Source of the DNA: Vulcanimicrobiota bacterium
Lineage (GTDB): Bacteria; Vulcanimicrobiota; Xenobia; Xenobiales; JADMJV01
Reading direction: 5' to 3'
Length of the DNA: 64,000 nucleotides
NCBI GenBank assembly: GCA_050250895.1
Contig: JBFWNU010000005.1
Coordinates: forward strand, 1 to 64,000
Part shown: positions 36,856 to 46,078 of the stretch, in pieces
How the letters are laid out: each line of letters opens with the position of its first letter
Numbering within the stretch: the first letter of the stretch is position 1
Notes under the pieces: model-generated
The model's input: the letters and a program-made list of their open reading frames with translations, nothing else
The model's database searches: none
Told to the model about the DNA's origin: nothing
Program-made: the position numbers and the translations under genes

Positions 36856-37524
36856 ATGTATAGCCGAGTCCTCGACGCTCAGCTAAGACAAGGCGACATT
36901 CTCGGCAATGTATACTATCCGAAGCTAGACTATTCGAAGGCCAAATTCCTAGGCTCACTTAATACCTTCCAGTCTCCCCTGGCGTTCGAACCCCAGAAGA
37001 ACGGCAGCTCGCTCGTGGCTCAGCTTACTTTTTCTGAGGCTTTCTGTGTAGTCCTTAGTCAATGTTGCGACCTCGCGATCCGTGACGGGGAGCCGTGCAA
37101 GACAGATTTTATCGTATGCTGTGTTCTTCGAGAATACAGCAGAGGGCACCAAGAGAAGGACCCTGCTCGCTTTAAGCAGGTGAGGCTGAATCCATTATCG
37201 GACTTCGGCTCTAGCTACTTTTTTGCGCGAAAGAAGCCGCTACTATCCCATTTCGTCGCTGAGCTGTCAAATACGTTCTCTGTGCCTAAGAAGTCGTATC
37301 CTGATTTGGCCGCGAGAAAGATCTTGCAGTTGACGGACGCTGAGCGAGTGCATTTTAAGAAGAAGGTCGCTAGCTTCTTCGGAAGGGCGACCGATGAGGA
37401 GACGACTGCGAAGCTTTGGACCGAAGCTTCGGGCGCCAAGTGTGCAGCGGAAACGAAATCGGGTGTGCGCTGTTCACGCACGCCGATGCCAGGATTGCGC
37501 TTCTGCAGGCAACATCAGCCGTAA
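36856..37524 (+). CDS. Hypothetical protein with LRQGDI / VVLSQCCDL core and C-terminal Cx3TKSGx2C..Cx2H Zn motif (DUF5763-like)
   Basis: Motifs in the translation; GAGG RBS; low GC. Confidence 0.75.
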   Translation: MYSRVLDAQLRQGDILGNVYYPKLDYSKAKFLGSLNTFQSPLAFEPQKNGSSLVAQLTFSEAFCVVLSQCCDLAIRDGEPCKTDFIVCCVLREYSRGHQEKDPARFKQVRLNPLSDFGSSYFFARKKPLLSHFVAELSNTFSVPKKSYPDLAARKILQLTDAERVHFKKKVASFFGRATDEETTAKLWTEASGAKCAAETKSGVRCSRTPMPGLRFCRQHQP

Positions 37525-37527
37525 TGT

Positions 37528-38607
37528 TTACGGCGCGAACTTGCCCACCAGAGTATACATGGGCAAGAAGACCGAGATGACGATAAAGCCCACCACCACG
37601 GCCACTCCACTCATCAGCAACGGCTCGAGCAGCGTCGACATCAGCTCGACTCGGTAGCTGACTTGCTCTTCATAGTGGCGGGCTAGAAACCCGAACATAT
37701 CGGCAACGCGGGCCGATTCTTCGCCCGCGTTGGTGAGGTGCACGACCGTCCTGGGATAGATGTCGGGGCGAGTGGCGAAATGCTCCGAGAGGCTCTCTCC
37801 CTGTTCGACGGCCGAGCGCATGGGGCGCCAATCGTGGGCCACCAGGGGGCTGCCGCTGGCCTCGCTGGCCAGGCGCAGACCGGTGAGAAAATCGGTACCC
37901 GATTCGAGCATGGCCGCGGCTGCGGCCGTGAAGCGCGCCATGGCGGTGTCTCGCATCAACCCTCCCACCACCGGCACGAACAGGGCCAACCGATAGCACT
38001 CGCGGCGCACCTCTGGTGATTCGAAGTAGCCTCGCCCGAGCAACAAGACGGCCAGCAAGAAGAGACTCGCCACCGTCCAGGCCCCGGGGCTGGTGATGAC
38101 GCTGGTGATCAAGACCAGCAGGCGGGTGGGCAGTGGCAGTTCGGCTCCCAGGTCGTCGAACATGTCGATGAAACTCGGCACCACGCTGACGAAGAGCAGC
38201 AGGGTGAGAAAGGCGGTCAGACTCAGGGCGAAAGCGGGATAGGTCAGGGCCGACTTGAGTTGGCGCCGGAGGTGATCGTCTTTTTCCATCCAGCCACACA
38301 GCTGGTCGAGTTGACGCACCAGTTGGCCGTTGGTCTCGCCCATGGCCACCATGCTCACGGCCAGTGAGGGGAACACCCTGGGAAAGCCGGCCATGGCGGA
38401 AGAGAGTCGATGGCCCGACGAGACCCTGGTTTGCAGCTCGGCCACCACCAGCACCAGGGTTTCGTCGCTGGCGAAGTCGACCACCACCTGGAGAGCGTCC
38501 ATCAGCGAGATGCCCGAATTGAGCATCGTCGAGAGCTCGCGGTAGAAACCGATCACCACCTCGGGGCGGCAGCGGGCCCGCTTCTGCCAATAGGCCGGCT
38601 GCTCCAT
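37528..38607 (-). CDS. Type II secretion F / PilC-family platform protein (short N-terminus)
   Basis: FYRELSTMLNSGISL, GETNG.L, SALTYP, LPLPTR, GEES and LLEPLL..FLPMY. Confidence 0.92.
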   Translation of the reverse strand: MEQPAYWQKRARCRPEVVIGFYRELSTMLNSGISLMDALQVVVDFASDETLVLVVAELQTRVSSGHRLSSAMAGFPRVFPSLAVSMVAMGETNGQLVRQLDQLCGWMEKDDHLRRQLKSALTYPAFALSLTAFLTLLLFVSVVPSFIDMFDDLGAELPLPTRLLVLITSVITSPGAWTVASLFLLAVLLLGRGYFESPEVRRECYRLALFVPVVGGLMRDTAMARFTAAAAAMLESGTDFLTGLRLASEASGSPLVAHDWRPMRSAVEQGESLSEHFATRPDIYPRTVVHLTNAGEESARVADMFGFLARHYEEQVSYRVELMSTLLEPLLMSGVAVVVGFIVISVFLPMYTLVGKFAP

Positions 38608-39107
38608 CAGGGTCCGCCCAGGTCCTGGAAGTTGATCAGCTGGTAGTAATAGGGATTGGGCTGGGTGTCGTCATCTCGGCGCTGGGCCGAGAGGTCGAAC
38701 TCGGCCCGGAAGCGACGTTGGGCCACTGGATGACCTGGGTCCTGGCCCACCTGGCCCTCGCTATAGATGACCAGAATGCTAAAAGGGGGGTTGCGATAGG
38801 TCGAGTCGATAGTGACCGTATAAGAACCCACCCGGCGCCCGCTCTCGCTCATCTCTTCGCTGTAGCTGAACACGCTCTGGTCGACCTTGATGGGCGGAAA
38901 GTGCAGATCACGCTGCAGTTTGAGCAAGGCATCGGCCAGGCCGGCCTCGGCCAGCCCGCGGGCGGTCAGGGAGCGCTCGGCCAGGCTGGCCCGGCGATAC
39001 TGCACGGCCCGTTTGCCCAGAAAGGTCAGGCCCAGAATCAGCAAGACCACGCAGAGCAGCAGGACCGTGACTAACAGAAAGCCGCGCTTCAAGGCTGAAA
39101 GACCCAT
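38607..39107 (-). CDS. PilX/GspK-like minor pilin
   Basis: KRG/FLLVTVLL prepilin site lacking Glu5; A..LAEAGL. Confidence 0.75.
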   Translation of the reverse strand: MGLSALKRGFLLVTVLLLCVVLLILGLTFLGKRAVQYRRASLAERSLTARGLAEAGLADALLKLQRDLHFPPIKVDQSVFSYSEEMSESGRRVGSYTVTIDSTYRNPPFSILVIYSEGQVGQDPGHPVAQRRFRAEFDLSAQRRDDDTQPNPYYYQLINFQDLGGP

Positions 39108-39652
39108 AATCTAGCTTCCGTCGAGAACTCTCGCAGCAGGTGCTTTTCCTGAAAGCTCACCTTCAGACCCACCCGGTCTTTAGCCAGAAAGGTCGTCTCG
39201 AGGCCGCGAATTCCCTCGGATACCTGGCTCTGGGCGGTCCAGCCCGGGCCACTCACCGTGCGCATCAGGCCCTGTCCCCCGACCTGATAAGTGACCGTCA
39301 CCAACTGCCCCGCCGGCCGAGGGTCCCAGCTGGTGAATCCAGCCGGGCTGGGGGGCAGTCGAATCGCGGCCGGGTCCAGTCGCTCGAAACCGAGCACGTT
39401 GCTCGTACCCGCCGAGGGCGTGATCAGGCGGATGGCCGAGCCGAGTTCGGAACGCATCTGCTCGAGGCCGGTCTGCACTCCGTTGAGGGTCTGCTCTTTG
39501 CTGGCCGCCAGTCGGGTGGCCTCGGAGTATTCCCGCACCAGCACACCCACCATGCCCAGCACCATAAAGACCAGCACCATGGCCAGCATCGCCTCGGGCA
39601 ACGAAAAGCCGCGTCTCACGGCGAAAGCTGCATCTCCACGGAATATCCCCAC
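39089..39652 (-). CDS. PilW/GspJ-like minor pilin (start possibly GTG ~39619)
   Basis: RRG/FSLPEAMLAM prepilin motif. Confidence 0.8.
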   Translation of the reverse strand: MGIFRGDAAFAVRRGFSLPEAMLAMVLVFMVLGMVGVLVREYSEATRLAASKEQTLNGVQTGLEQMRSELGSAIRLITPSAGTSNVLGFERLDPAAIRLPPSPAGFTSWDPRPAGQLVTVTYQVGGQGLMRTVSGPGWTAQSQVSEGIRGLETTFLAKDRVGLKVSFQEKHLLREFSTEARLWVFQP

Positions 39653-40383
39653 CGCTCCTGCCCTCCGTAGCGGGCGCGGGCGGCCACCCGGCAGGTGCCG
39701 CTGGTGGCGACCTTGACACCGTTCGGCTTCTGCAGTTCATTGGTGAAAGTCGCGCTGCGACCGTCGCGGGTGGGCTCGATGGTTCCTTTGGTGGCGTTGG
39801 GAAAGACCGGTTCGACATACCAGTCGAAGAACAGATCTTTAATCTCGCGACCGTCGGCGTCGTAGCCGACCGCCGTGAAGGTGACCGGATTGGTCGGGTT
39901 GACGATAGGTGGGACGCTGCCGCTGACCACGATGGGATTGCTCACTCGCCAGCCGCGGAAGCGATCGGTCAAAAGCGTGCTCAGCACGTAGCGCCCCGTG
40001 CTGTCCCAGCGCACTTCGATGATAGCCTGTTTGGCCGTGTTGCTCATCCGCCTGGGTTGAGCTGGATGAGCCAGTTCGAGTTCGCTGCCCGGGGCGAAGA
40101 GAGGCTGGTCTTGCAGGCTCACGCTGATGGAATAGCCGGGAAAGTCAGGGTCGTTTCCGCTGGGAAAGCCGCTCCAGTCGTTCTGGGTGCGGGCCCATTC
40201 CCGCAGGGCTCCCAGCCTATTCTCGGCCAACTGGGTGGCTACCACGCGCTTTTCCACCCGGGTGGTGTAGCGCAGGCCGGCCTGAAACAGGGTCGACACC
40301 ATGAAGAAGGCAGCTACCAGCACGAACGAGGCGATAATCGCCTCGATCAAGGTGTAGCCTTTGGGCTTCAAGGGCCCCACCAC
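39616..40383 (-). CDS. PilV/GspI-like minor pilin with C-terminal Ig-like domain
   Basis: KG/YTLIEAIIAS; ATQLAENRL. Confidence 0.8.
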   Translation of the reverse strand: MVGPLKPKGYTLIEAIIASFVLVAAFFMVSTLFQAGLRYTTRVEKRVVATQLAENRLGALREWARTQNDWSGFPSGNDPDFPGYSISVSLQDQPLFAPGSELELAHPAQPRRMSNTAKQAIIEVRWDSTGRYVLSTLLTDRFRGWRVSNPIVVSGSVPPIVNPTNPVTFTAVGYDADGREIKDLFFDWYVEPVFPNATKGTIEPTRDGRSATFTNELQKPNGVKVATSGTCRVAARARYGGQERWGYSVEMQLSP

Positions 40384-42437
40384 GACGGTGGGCCATAGAC
40401 CGAGACCCTGGCGGAGTCTATTCTGGACTCGCTGCCGGCCAGGTTGACCCGCTTGAGTGTTTCAAGCGAATAGCTATCGAAAACGATCTCGTCGCTGTCG
40501 GGACTCCAGCAAAAGTCCTCGATCTCGGCCCCGGCCGTGAGCCTGGCCACTGCCTTGCCCGGCCCTGTGGGATTGTCGCCGTTGGCTCGGGTGTAGTAGA
40601 GGTCTTCGTTGTCATAGTCAGTGAAGGCAATAAAGCTGCCATCGGGAGAAAAGCGCGGGTAGGCAGCCTCGAGAGTTGACGGAGTGAGGGGAGTAGCCGG
40701 CGGCAGACCGGTGATGGTGGCGGGCACGTCGATGATATGCACCACCCCGTCGCGAGTGAAAAGCACCTGATCGCCATTGGGGGACCAGGTGGGATATTCG
40801 TCGGCGCTCGAAGCCGGGGAGGCCGGCGGTTGGCTGAGCTGGGCAAAGCCCGTGCCATCGGGTCTGACTCTGCAGATGAAGGACTTTCCGCTGGCCGGCG
40901 AGCGGGTGAAGACGATCCAGTTGCCGGCCGGACTCCACTGGGGGCCATAGTCGTCATGGCCGGCCGGAGGGGTGAGGACCAGGCTGGGGGTGGCCGAGCC
41001 GTCGGCACGCACTTGATGAATGGCGGTCGAGCCGGCCGGAATCTCCATGGCGAAGGTCAGGCGGGTGCTGTCGGGCGACCAGCTGGGCCGGGCCTCGTAG
41101 TCGAGGTAGGTGCCCAAATCGACCAGTTTGCGCAAGCCGCTGCCGTCGTTATTCACCGCCCACACGATCTCGTCGTAGTCGTCGTAAAAGGCGACCTGGC
41201 CGCCGTCAGGCGAAAAGCACGCATAGTCGTGGGCGTGGCCGTCGCCGGGCACCGAAACCACCACCAGGCCGGTGCCGTCGCTATTGCAGATATAGATCTC
41301 GGATTCTTCGTCATCGTCGTTGGGATCCCAACCCGAGAAAGCGATGCGGTGCTTGCGGATGGTCTGGACAACCCCGTTGCTGCCCACCTGGCGGGTGTCT
41401 TCCAGGCCGGCCGGGTCACTCACGTGGCAGGTCAGGGTATAGGTGTCGCCCTGGTTGCTACCCCCCGGCGGGGTCCAGGTCCAGGTTCCCTTCCAGCCCT
41501 GACCGGGCATCCACTCCAAAGCGTTGGGCGAGGCCGCCGAGAAGCGTCCTCCTGTGCCGGTCCAGCGCACGCTCAGGGGATCTCCATCGGGATCGTTGGC
41601 GACCACCGTCAAAGTGAGATAACCGTCGCGGGTGATCAGCGAACTGACGCCCGAGGGCAAGGCCAGCGGCTCGGGCTCGACCACCACGTCGACAATAGCC
41701 GGGGCCGAGTTGCCTCCTGCGGGCAGCGGTCGCGCCGGGGGAACAGCCGGCATGGCCAACCGCGGAGATTGGGGCACCACCAGACCGGCCGCGCCGGGAC
41801 GCACCTCGACCTTGCCGGTGGCGCTGATGTGGATCGAGTAAGGCTGGCTGAGCGCCGTCGGCGCGAAATAGCGCAAGCTGGTGGGCAAGCTGCCGCCCGG
41901 GTCGGCGGTGGGGCTGTACTCCACCCCGTGCGAACTCAGCAGAATGAACGCATCGCCGAAGAAAGGAAGTCCATTGCTGGTGGCCTCGCCTGAGGGGGTG
42001 AAGATGACCGCGTAGTCTTCAGGCGCCGGTGGGCTCCACAGGCTGGGGTCAAAGCTGCCCAGATTGGAGCCTGTCCCGGCCTGATCCCGGCTGGCCGCGC
42101 CCCAGACTCCGACGAAGACACAAGCATCGGGATAGTGGTTCTGAAACTGAACCGAGCGCACCACCCGGGGCGCTTCGGGTCCTTCCAGCAGATAGAGCGA
42201 TTGACTATGAGCGGCCGCGCCAGCATTACTGGGAAAGGCCACCGCCACGGGGGTCTGGCGGCTAATGGCTTGCTGCCGAGCAGCGCGCAACTCTTCGGCC
42301 ACCTCCTCGGCCAGGCCCCGCGTCTGGGCCGTGGCCCGACTGCTGCGCAAGCTCATTAGCCCGAAGCTGGCCGTCAGGGCTACCAGCAGCATGGCCAGAG
42401 CCAACTCCAAAAGACTGAATCCGCGTCGGGCCCTCAT
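40368..42437 (-). CDS. Large FimT/GspH-like pilin fused to an Ig-like domain and a TolB/PD40 beta-propeller
   Basis: RRG/FSLLEL, LRAARQQAI, DPDGDPL, and six FSPDG/WSPD-type repeats. Confidence 0.85.
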   Translation of the reverse strand: MRARRGFSLLELALAMLLVALTASFGLMSLRSSRATAQTRGLAEEVAEELRAARQQAISRQTPVAVAFPSNAGAAAHSQSLYLLEGPEAPRVVRSVQFQNHYPDACVFVGVWGAASRDQAGTGSNLGSFDPSLWSPPAPEDYAVIFTPSGEATSNGLPFFGDAFILLSSHGVEYSPTADPGGSLPTSLRYFAPTALSQPYSIHISATGKVEVRPGAAGLVVPQSPRLAMPAVPPARPLPAGGNSAPAIVDVVVEPEPLALPSGVSSLITRDGYLTLTVVANDPDGDPLSVRWTGTGGRFSAASPNALEWMPGQGWKGTWTWTPPGGSNQGDTYTLTCHVSDPAGLEDTRQVGSNGVVQTIRKHRIAFSGWDPNDDDEESEIYICNSDGTGLVVVSVPGDGHAHDYACFSPDGGQVAFYDDYDEIVWAVNNDGSGLRKLVDLGTYLDYEARPSWSPDSTRLTFAMEIPAGSTAIHQVRADGSATPSLVLTPPAGHDDYGPQWSPAGNWIVFTRSPASGKSFICRVRPDGTGFAQLSQPPASPASSADEYPTWSPNGDQVLFTRDGVVHIIDVPATITGLPPATPLTPSTLEAAYPRFSPDGSFIAFTDYDNEDLYYTRANGDNPTGPGKAVARLTAGAEIEDFCWSPDSDEIVFDSYSLETLKRVNLAGSESRIDSARVSVYGPPSWWGP

Positions 42438-43207
42438 CGGTGCCGCCTTCTACGATCGTGTCGCTTGGGTTGGTGGCGGTCGTGGCGCGGCCGCGCACTG
42501 GTGGTTGCCGCTGAGTAGGCTGGCTCGTAGTGCCGCGGTCGGTTGCGCGAGCCCTGTTCGGGCGGAGGGTCGACGTCGAGGGGTTGGCCCACAGCCTGGG
42601 TTGGCGCGGCCTGGACCAACTGGTTGGACCGCACTCGCCAGCGCTTGGGGCCAAGGCTTAGCTCGAGGTGATAGCGCCCGGCCGGCCGGTGGGTGGCCAC
42701 CTCCACGGGAACTTCGAAGGTTCCCGTCTGGGGGTCGACCTCGGCCGCCACTTCGTAGGGCAGCTCGGGAAACACGACATGCACCTGCAGATCCGCCTGA
42801 GGCTTTTCGACCCGGCCCACCACCACCGTCTTGAGTTCGTCGGGTGGAGCAACGACCGGTTTGGGCTCACTACCACTGGTCAGCCAACGCAAGATTGACA
42901 CCAGGCAGACCAGGCCCACCATGGCCGTGGCCAGCTTGTAGGAGTCGGGCATGGGTCCGCGAGGCCGTGGCAAGACCCTGGGTGGGGTAGGTGCAGGTGA
43001 GGGAGCGGCCGCGATGGCGTCGAGGGGTGACTTGGAAATCTGCTCGATGGTGAACTTACGCGAGCGCAGGGCCGTCTCGGCGGATGCCAAACTGGAGGCT
43101 TCAATAGCCCCTCTACGTTGCCGTCCCTGGCTATCGCGCACCAAATAGTAGAATCGCAATGGGTGCCCCTGCCTTTTCAGGATACCACGCGAAACCTCTA
43201 CCAGCAA
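42434..43207 (-). CDS. Membrane protein carrying a PilC-like N-terminal domain (start probably TTG 43159)
   Basis: RFYYLVRDSQG.Q.RG.IEA.S...AE..LR; one TM helix. Confidence 0.65.
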   Translation of the reverse strand: MLVEVSRGILKRQGHPLRFYYLVRDSQGRQRRGAIEASSLASAETALRSRKFTIEQISKSPLDAIAAAPSPAPTPPRVLPRPRGPMPDSYKLATAMVGLVCLVSILRWLTSGSEPKPVVAPPDELKTVVVGRVEKPQADLQVHVVFPELPYEVAAEVDPQTGTFEVPVEVATHRPAGRYHLELSLGPKRWRVRSNQLVQAAPTQAVGQPLDVDPPPEQGSRNRPRHYEPAYSAATTSARPRHDRHQPKRHDRRRRHR

Positions 43208-43210
43208 ACG

Positions 43211-43744
43211 CTAGCCGGCGTACTTCAGTCGTTCGCCCACCAGCTCCAGGCTATGGAGCAGCAGGTTGTTGCCCTGGCGCAGCTGGTCGAACGCCCCCAC
43301 GAGCCGGTCGAGTTCCTCGGACTCGGAGTCGAAAAACTCGCGGAATCCGCCGCACCCTCGATCGTAGTGGGTCAGCCCTCGGGCCAGCATGCTGGCCACC
43401 CGGCTGTGAAAGTCGTCATCCAACCCCTGGCGCTCGAGGCTGTCGAGCAGGCTCAACATCTCGGGCACGGTAGAGTCTTCAAACTCGACCAGTCGCTCGC
43501 TCATCATCTGAGCGTGCTCATGCAACTCTTCAAAGGCGTCCTCGCCGTCGAGACAGGCATCCACCAGAGTGGCGAGCTCGGTGATATACTCTGTTTCGTA
43601 ATTGACCCTCGGGGCGGGAAAGTCTCCGCCCGACAGACTGGCCATCAGGTGACCGTCCCGCGGAAGGTTCAAGAGATAGTGGTCACAGTGGGGACAGTAG
43701 CGCAGCCCGGGGGTGGTGGCACAGCATAGAACGCAATACTTCAA
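43211..43744 (-). CDS. Hypothetical protein with N-terminal Zn ribbon
   Basis: CVLC...YCPHC; acidic helical remainder; ATG overlaps the glpD stop. Confidence 0.7.
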   Translation of the reverse strand: MKYCVLCCATTPGLRYCPHCDHYLLNLPRDGHLMASLSGGDFPAPRVNYETEYITELATLVDACLDGEDAFEELHEHAQMMSERLVEFEDSTVPEMLSLLDSLERQGLDDDFHSRVASMLARGLTHYDRGCGGFREFFDSESEELDRLVGAFDQLRQGNNLLLHSLELVGERLKYAG

Positions 43745-45705
43745 GCCAGATTATTTCGGGCATAAAACGCCTGGGCCTGCTCCAGCTCTTTGGCCTTCTG
43801 CTGGTCGCTCCAGCCGAGCGTCTCGGCCATCAGGTCGACGGTGCGCGGTAGAGCCCTCACGGTGGCCTTCTCGTCGATAAATGACAGGCGAGTGCGGCGC
43901 GAGAGCACGTCCACGGCCGTGGTGGCGTACTCGTGCTTGCAGGCGTAGACCACTTCGGCTTCGAGATAGGGATGCGTCGGAGCCAGCCGCTCGCCCAGTC
44001 CGTCCTTGGCCAGGTCGGCTACGGCCAGGGCCCGGTCCCCGTAATTGTGAGCCAGGTGGTCGGCCACGTCATGGGGCAGCCCATAGCTTTGCTCCAGTTG
44101 ACCCGTCAGTGATTCCGAGAAGCCATGGGCACCGATCAACTTGGCGCTGGCCCGCTGCGAAGGCTGGGCCTCGAGATGGCCGTGCTCGACCGCTTCCTGG
44201 ACCACTTCTTCGCCCATCCGTCCAAAGCTGGTCCACTTGCCGCCGCCGATGGTGATCAGGCCTGAATCCGACACGTCGATGATATGCTTGCGCGAAATCG
44301 ACGCGGTGGCGCCCGGCTTGACCTTCTCGTGGGGGTCGCGCACCAGGGGACGGATGCCCGTCCACACCGAGGTGACGTCGCTGCGGCCGATCTGTTGCTC
44401 GGGGTCGAGGTAGCCGTTGGCCAGGTCGATGAGATACTTGACGTGCTCTTCGCTGGTGCGGGGCTCGGTGGTGATTTCGGTCTTCTCTTCGGTGGTGCCG
44501 ATGAGGGTGCCGCCTTCGAAAGGCTTGAAGAAAGCCACGCTGCCGTTGGGAGCCTCGGGAACCAACAGACCTTCGCGCATCTTGAGCTTGTCGACGAACA
44601 CGTGGGTGCCGGCACTGGGCACTACCAGTTCCGGCGTCTGTGGATCGTCCATCTTGCGAATGCCGTCGATGAAGGGGCCGGTGGCGTTGATCACCGTCTT
44701 GGCCCGCACCGTGAAGGTCTCGTCGCTGCGGGTGTCCTGCACGCGGGCGCCGACGACCTTGCCATCCTCTTTGACCAGGTCCAACACCTTGACGTAGTTG
44801 GCCACGGCGGCCCCGTGGGCCGCAGCCGTGGTGGCCAGGCCGACATTCATGCGCGAGTCGTTGAACTGTCCATCCGAGTAGGCCACCCCGCCGCGCAGAC
44901 CCTCCGACTTGACCTCGGGCAGCCGCTCTTTGACGGCGCTGGCCGAGAGCATTTTGGTGGCTTCGAGCCCGGCCTGTCCGGCGATGCGGTCATACAGCCA
45001 AAGGCCGGCGTAAAAGTAGGGCAACTCGGCGTAAGAGTAGACCGGGGTGATCAGGCGAATCTCGTCGGTCAGATGAGGAGCCATTTCCAGGAACGCTTTG
45101 CGCTCGTGCAGGCCTTCTTTGACCAGGCCGTATTGCTCGGCGTCGAGCTTCTTGACCGCCTTCTCCAGATAGCGAACCCCGCCGTGAATCAGCTTGGTGC
45201 TCTTGCTGGAGGTTCCCGAGGCGAAGTCGCCGGCTTCGACACAGGCAACCTTTAGCCCACGACGGGCCGCCTCGAGGGTGGCCCCGGCGCCGGTGGCCCC
45301 GCCGCCGATGACCAGTACGTCGAACTCTTCGCCGGACTTGAGGCGGTCGAGTTGCTCGGTGCGGGTGGGAACGACCCAGTTCTGCTCGGGCATCTGACGA
45401 ATTTCGTCGAGACTAAATTGCTTGGGGGCTGGGGGAGCCGCGGGGGCAGTGGCGGCTGCGATGGCCGCGCCCGCGATTGCTCCTACTGCGGCTGCTCCCA
45501 CCTGGCCTACCCAGCCGAGCTGTGAAAGCAAGGCGCTGGCGGCCAATCCGGTGGCCCCACCAAGGGTAGCTCCGGTGAGCAGCCGAGGGGTGCTGGGACG
45601 ACTGCCCAGGCTGACCTGGTCGGTCGGCTGAGTGGCTGGCTGGCTGCTGGCCGCGGCCGGTCGGTAGGTGGGAACCTGGCTATTGAGAAGAGCTTGGACT
45701 TTCAC
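43741..45705 (-). CDS. glpD: FAD-dependent glycerol-3-phosphate dehydrogenase with ~110-aa N-terminal extension
   Basis: DVLVIGGGATGAG, DFASGTSSKSTKLIHGGVRYL, INATGP, GIRPL and GGKWT. Confidence 0.92.
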   Translation of the reverse strand: MKVQALLNSQVPTYRPAAASSQPATQPTDQVSLGSRPSTPRLLTGATLGGATGLAASALLSQLGWVGQVGAAAVGAIAGAAIAAATAPAAPPAPKQFSLDEIRQMPEQNWVVPTRTEQLDRLKSGEEFDVLVIGGGATGAGATLEAARRGLKVACVEAGDFASGTSSKSTKLIHGGVRYLEKAVKKLDAEQYGLVKEGLHERKAFLEMAPHLTDEIRLITPVYSYAELPYFYAGLWLYDRIAGQAGLEATKMLSASAVKERLPEVKSEGLRGGVAYSDGQFNDSRMNVGLATTAAAHGAAVANYVKVLDLVKEDGKVVGARVQDTRSDETFTVRAKTVINATGPFIDGIRKMDDPQTPELVVPSAGTHVFVDKLKMREGLLVPEAPNGSVAFFKPFEGGTLIGTTEEKTEITTEPRTSEEHVKYLIDLANGYLDPEQQIGRSDVTSVWTGIRPLVRDPHEKVKPGATASISRKHIIDVSDSGLITIGGGKWTSFGRMGEEVVQEAVEHGHLEAQPSQRASAKLIGAHGFSESLTGQLEQSYGLPHDVADHLAHNYGDRALAVADLAKDGLGERLAPTHPYLEAEVVYACKHEYATTAVDVLSRRTRLSFIDEKATVRALPRTVDLMAETLGWSDQQKAKELEQAQAFYARNNLA

Positions 45706-45711
45706 TTCCCC

Positions 45712-45743
45712 AGTCTAGCCGGCTGGCCTGAAAAAAATCTGGA
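45712..45743 (-). promoter_or_regulatory. TCCAG-N6-TTCAG-N10-TAGACT, 6 nt before the glpD GTG
   Basis: Read directly; near-identical to the site upstream of the pyruvate kinase-like gene. Confidence 0.75.
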
Positions 45744-45744
45744 C

Positions 45745-45815
45745 CTACGGCTCCAACACCCGGAGAAAGTCGAAGAGAGCGAAGTCGCGCTGGTTGAAAG
45801 TTGCGAGATGATCAT
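45745..45815 (-). pseudogene. Remnant of a PIN/VapC toxin gene (internal deletion)
   Basis: ATG ATC overlaps the antitoxin stop; an out-of-frame tail HLATFNQRDFALFDFLRVLEP* resembles a PIN C-terminus. Confidence 0.6.
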
Positions 45816-46042
45816 CGCTCCAGCATCTCGTCCATCAATTCGGCGCGAGTCCAGTCCTGGAGGAGCGGGCCAGATTCGTGGGCCTCCAGAGCCAGCAAAG
45901 AGCCCTCGGTTCGGCGACTCTCTCGTAGATAGCGGGACATTGCCTCACGGATGAGCTCGGCAACCGGGCGACCCAGGCGAGCAGAAAGCGATTTGAACTC
46001 TTGGTAATCGCGCTCTCCGACATAGATCGATATGGGTTTCAT
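45812..46042 (-). CDS. CopG/RHH antitoxin-like protein, 76 aa
   Basis: MKPISIYV....YQEFK.LS.R.GRPVAELIREAMSRYL. Confidence 0.8.
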   Translation of the reverse strand: MKPISIYVGERDYQEFKSLSARLGRPVAELIREAMSRYLRESRRTEGSLLALEAHESGPLLQDWTRAELMDEMLER

Positions 46043-46078
46043 ATATCGATGGTATCGGTCCAGGACCCTCGATGTCAA
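46025..46078 (-). promoter_or_regulatory. Sigma70-like promoter TTGACA-N18-TACCAT-N6-ATG with an ATCGATAT inverted repeat (putative autoregulatory operator)
   Basis: Read directly on the minus strand. Confidence 0.65.

Noticed and set aside
35600-37530. Transposon or prophage origin for the low-GC cassette
   Set aside because: No integrase, transposase, tRNA target, terminal repeats or phage genes were seen at its edges.
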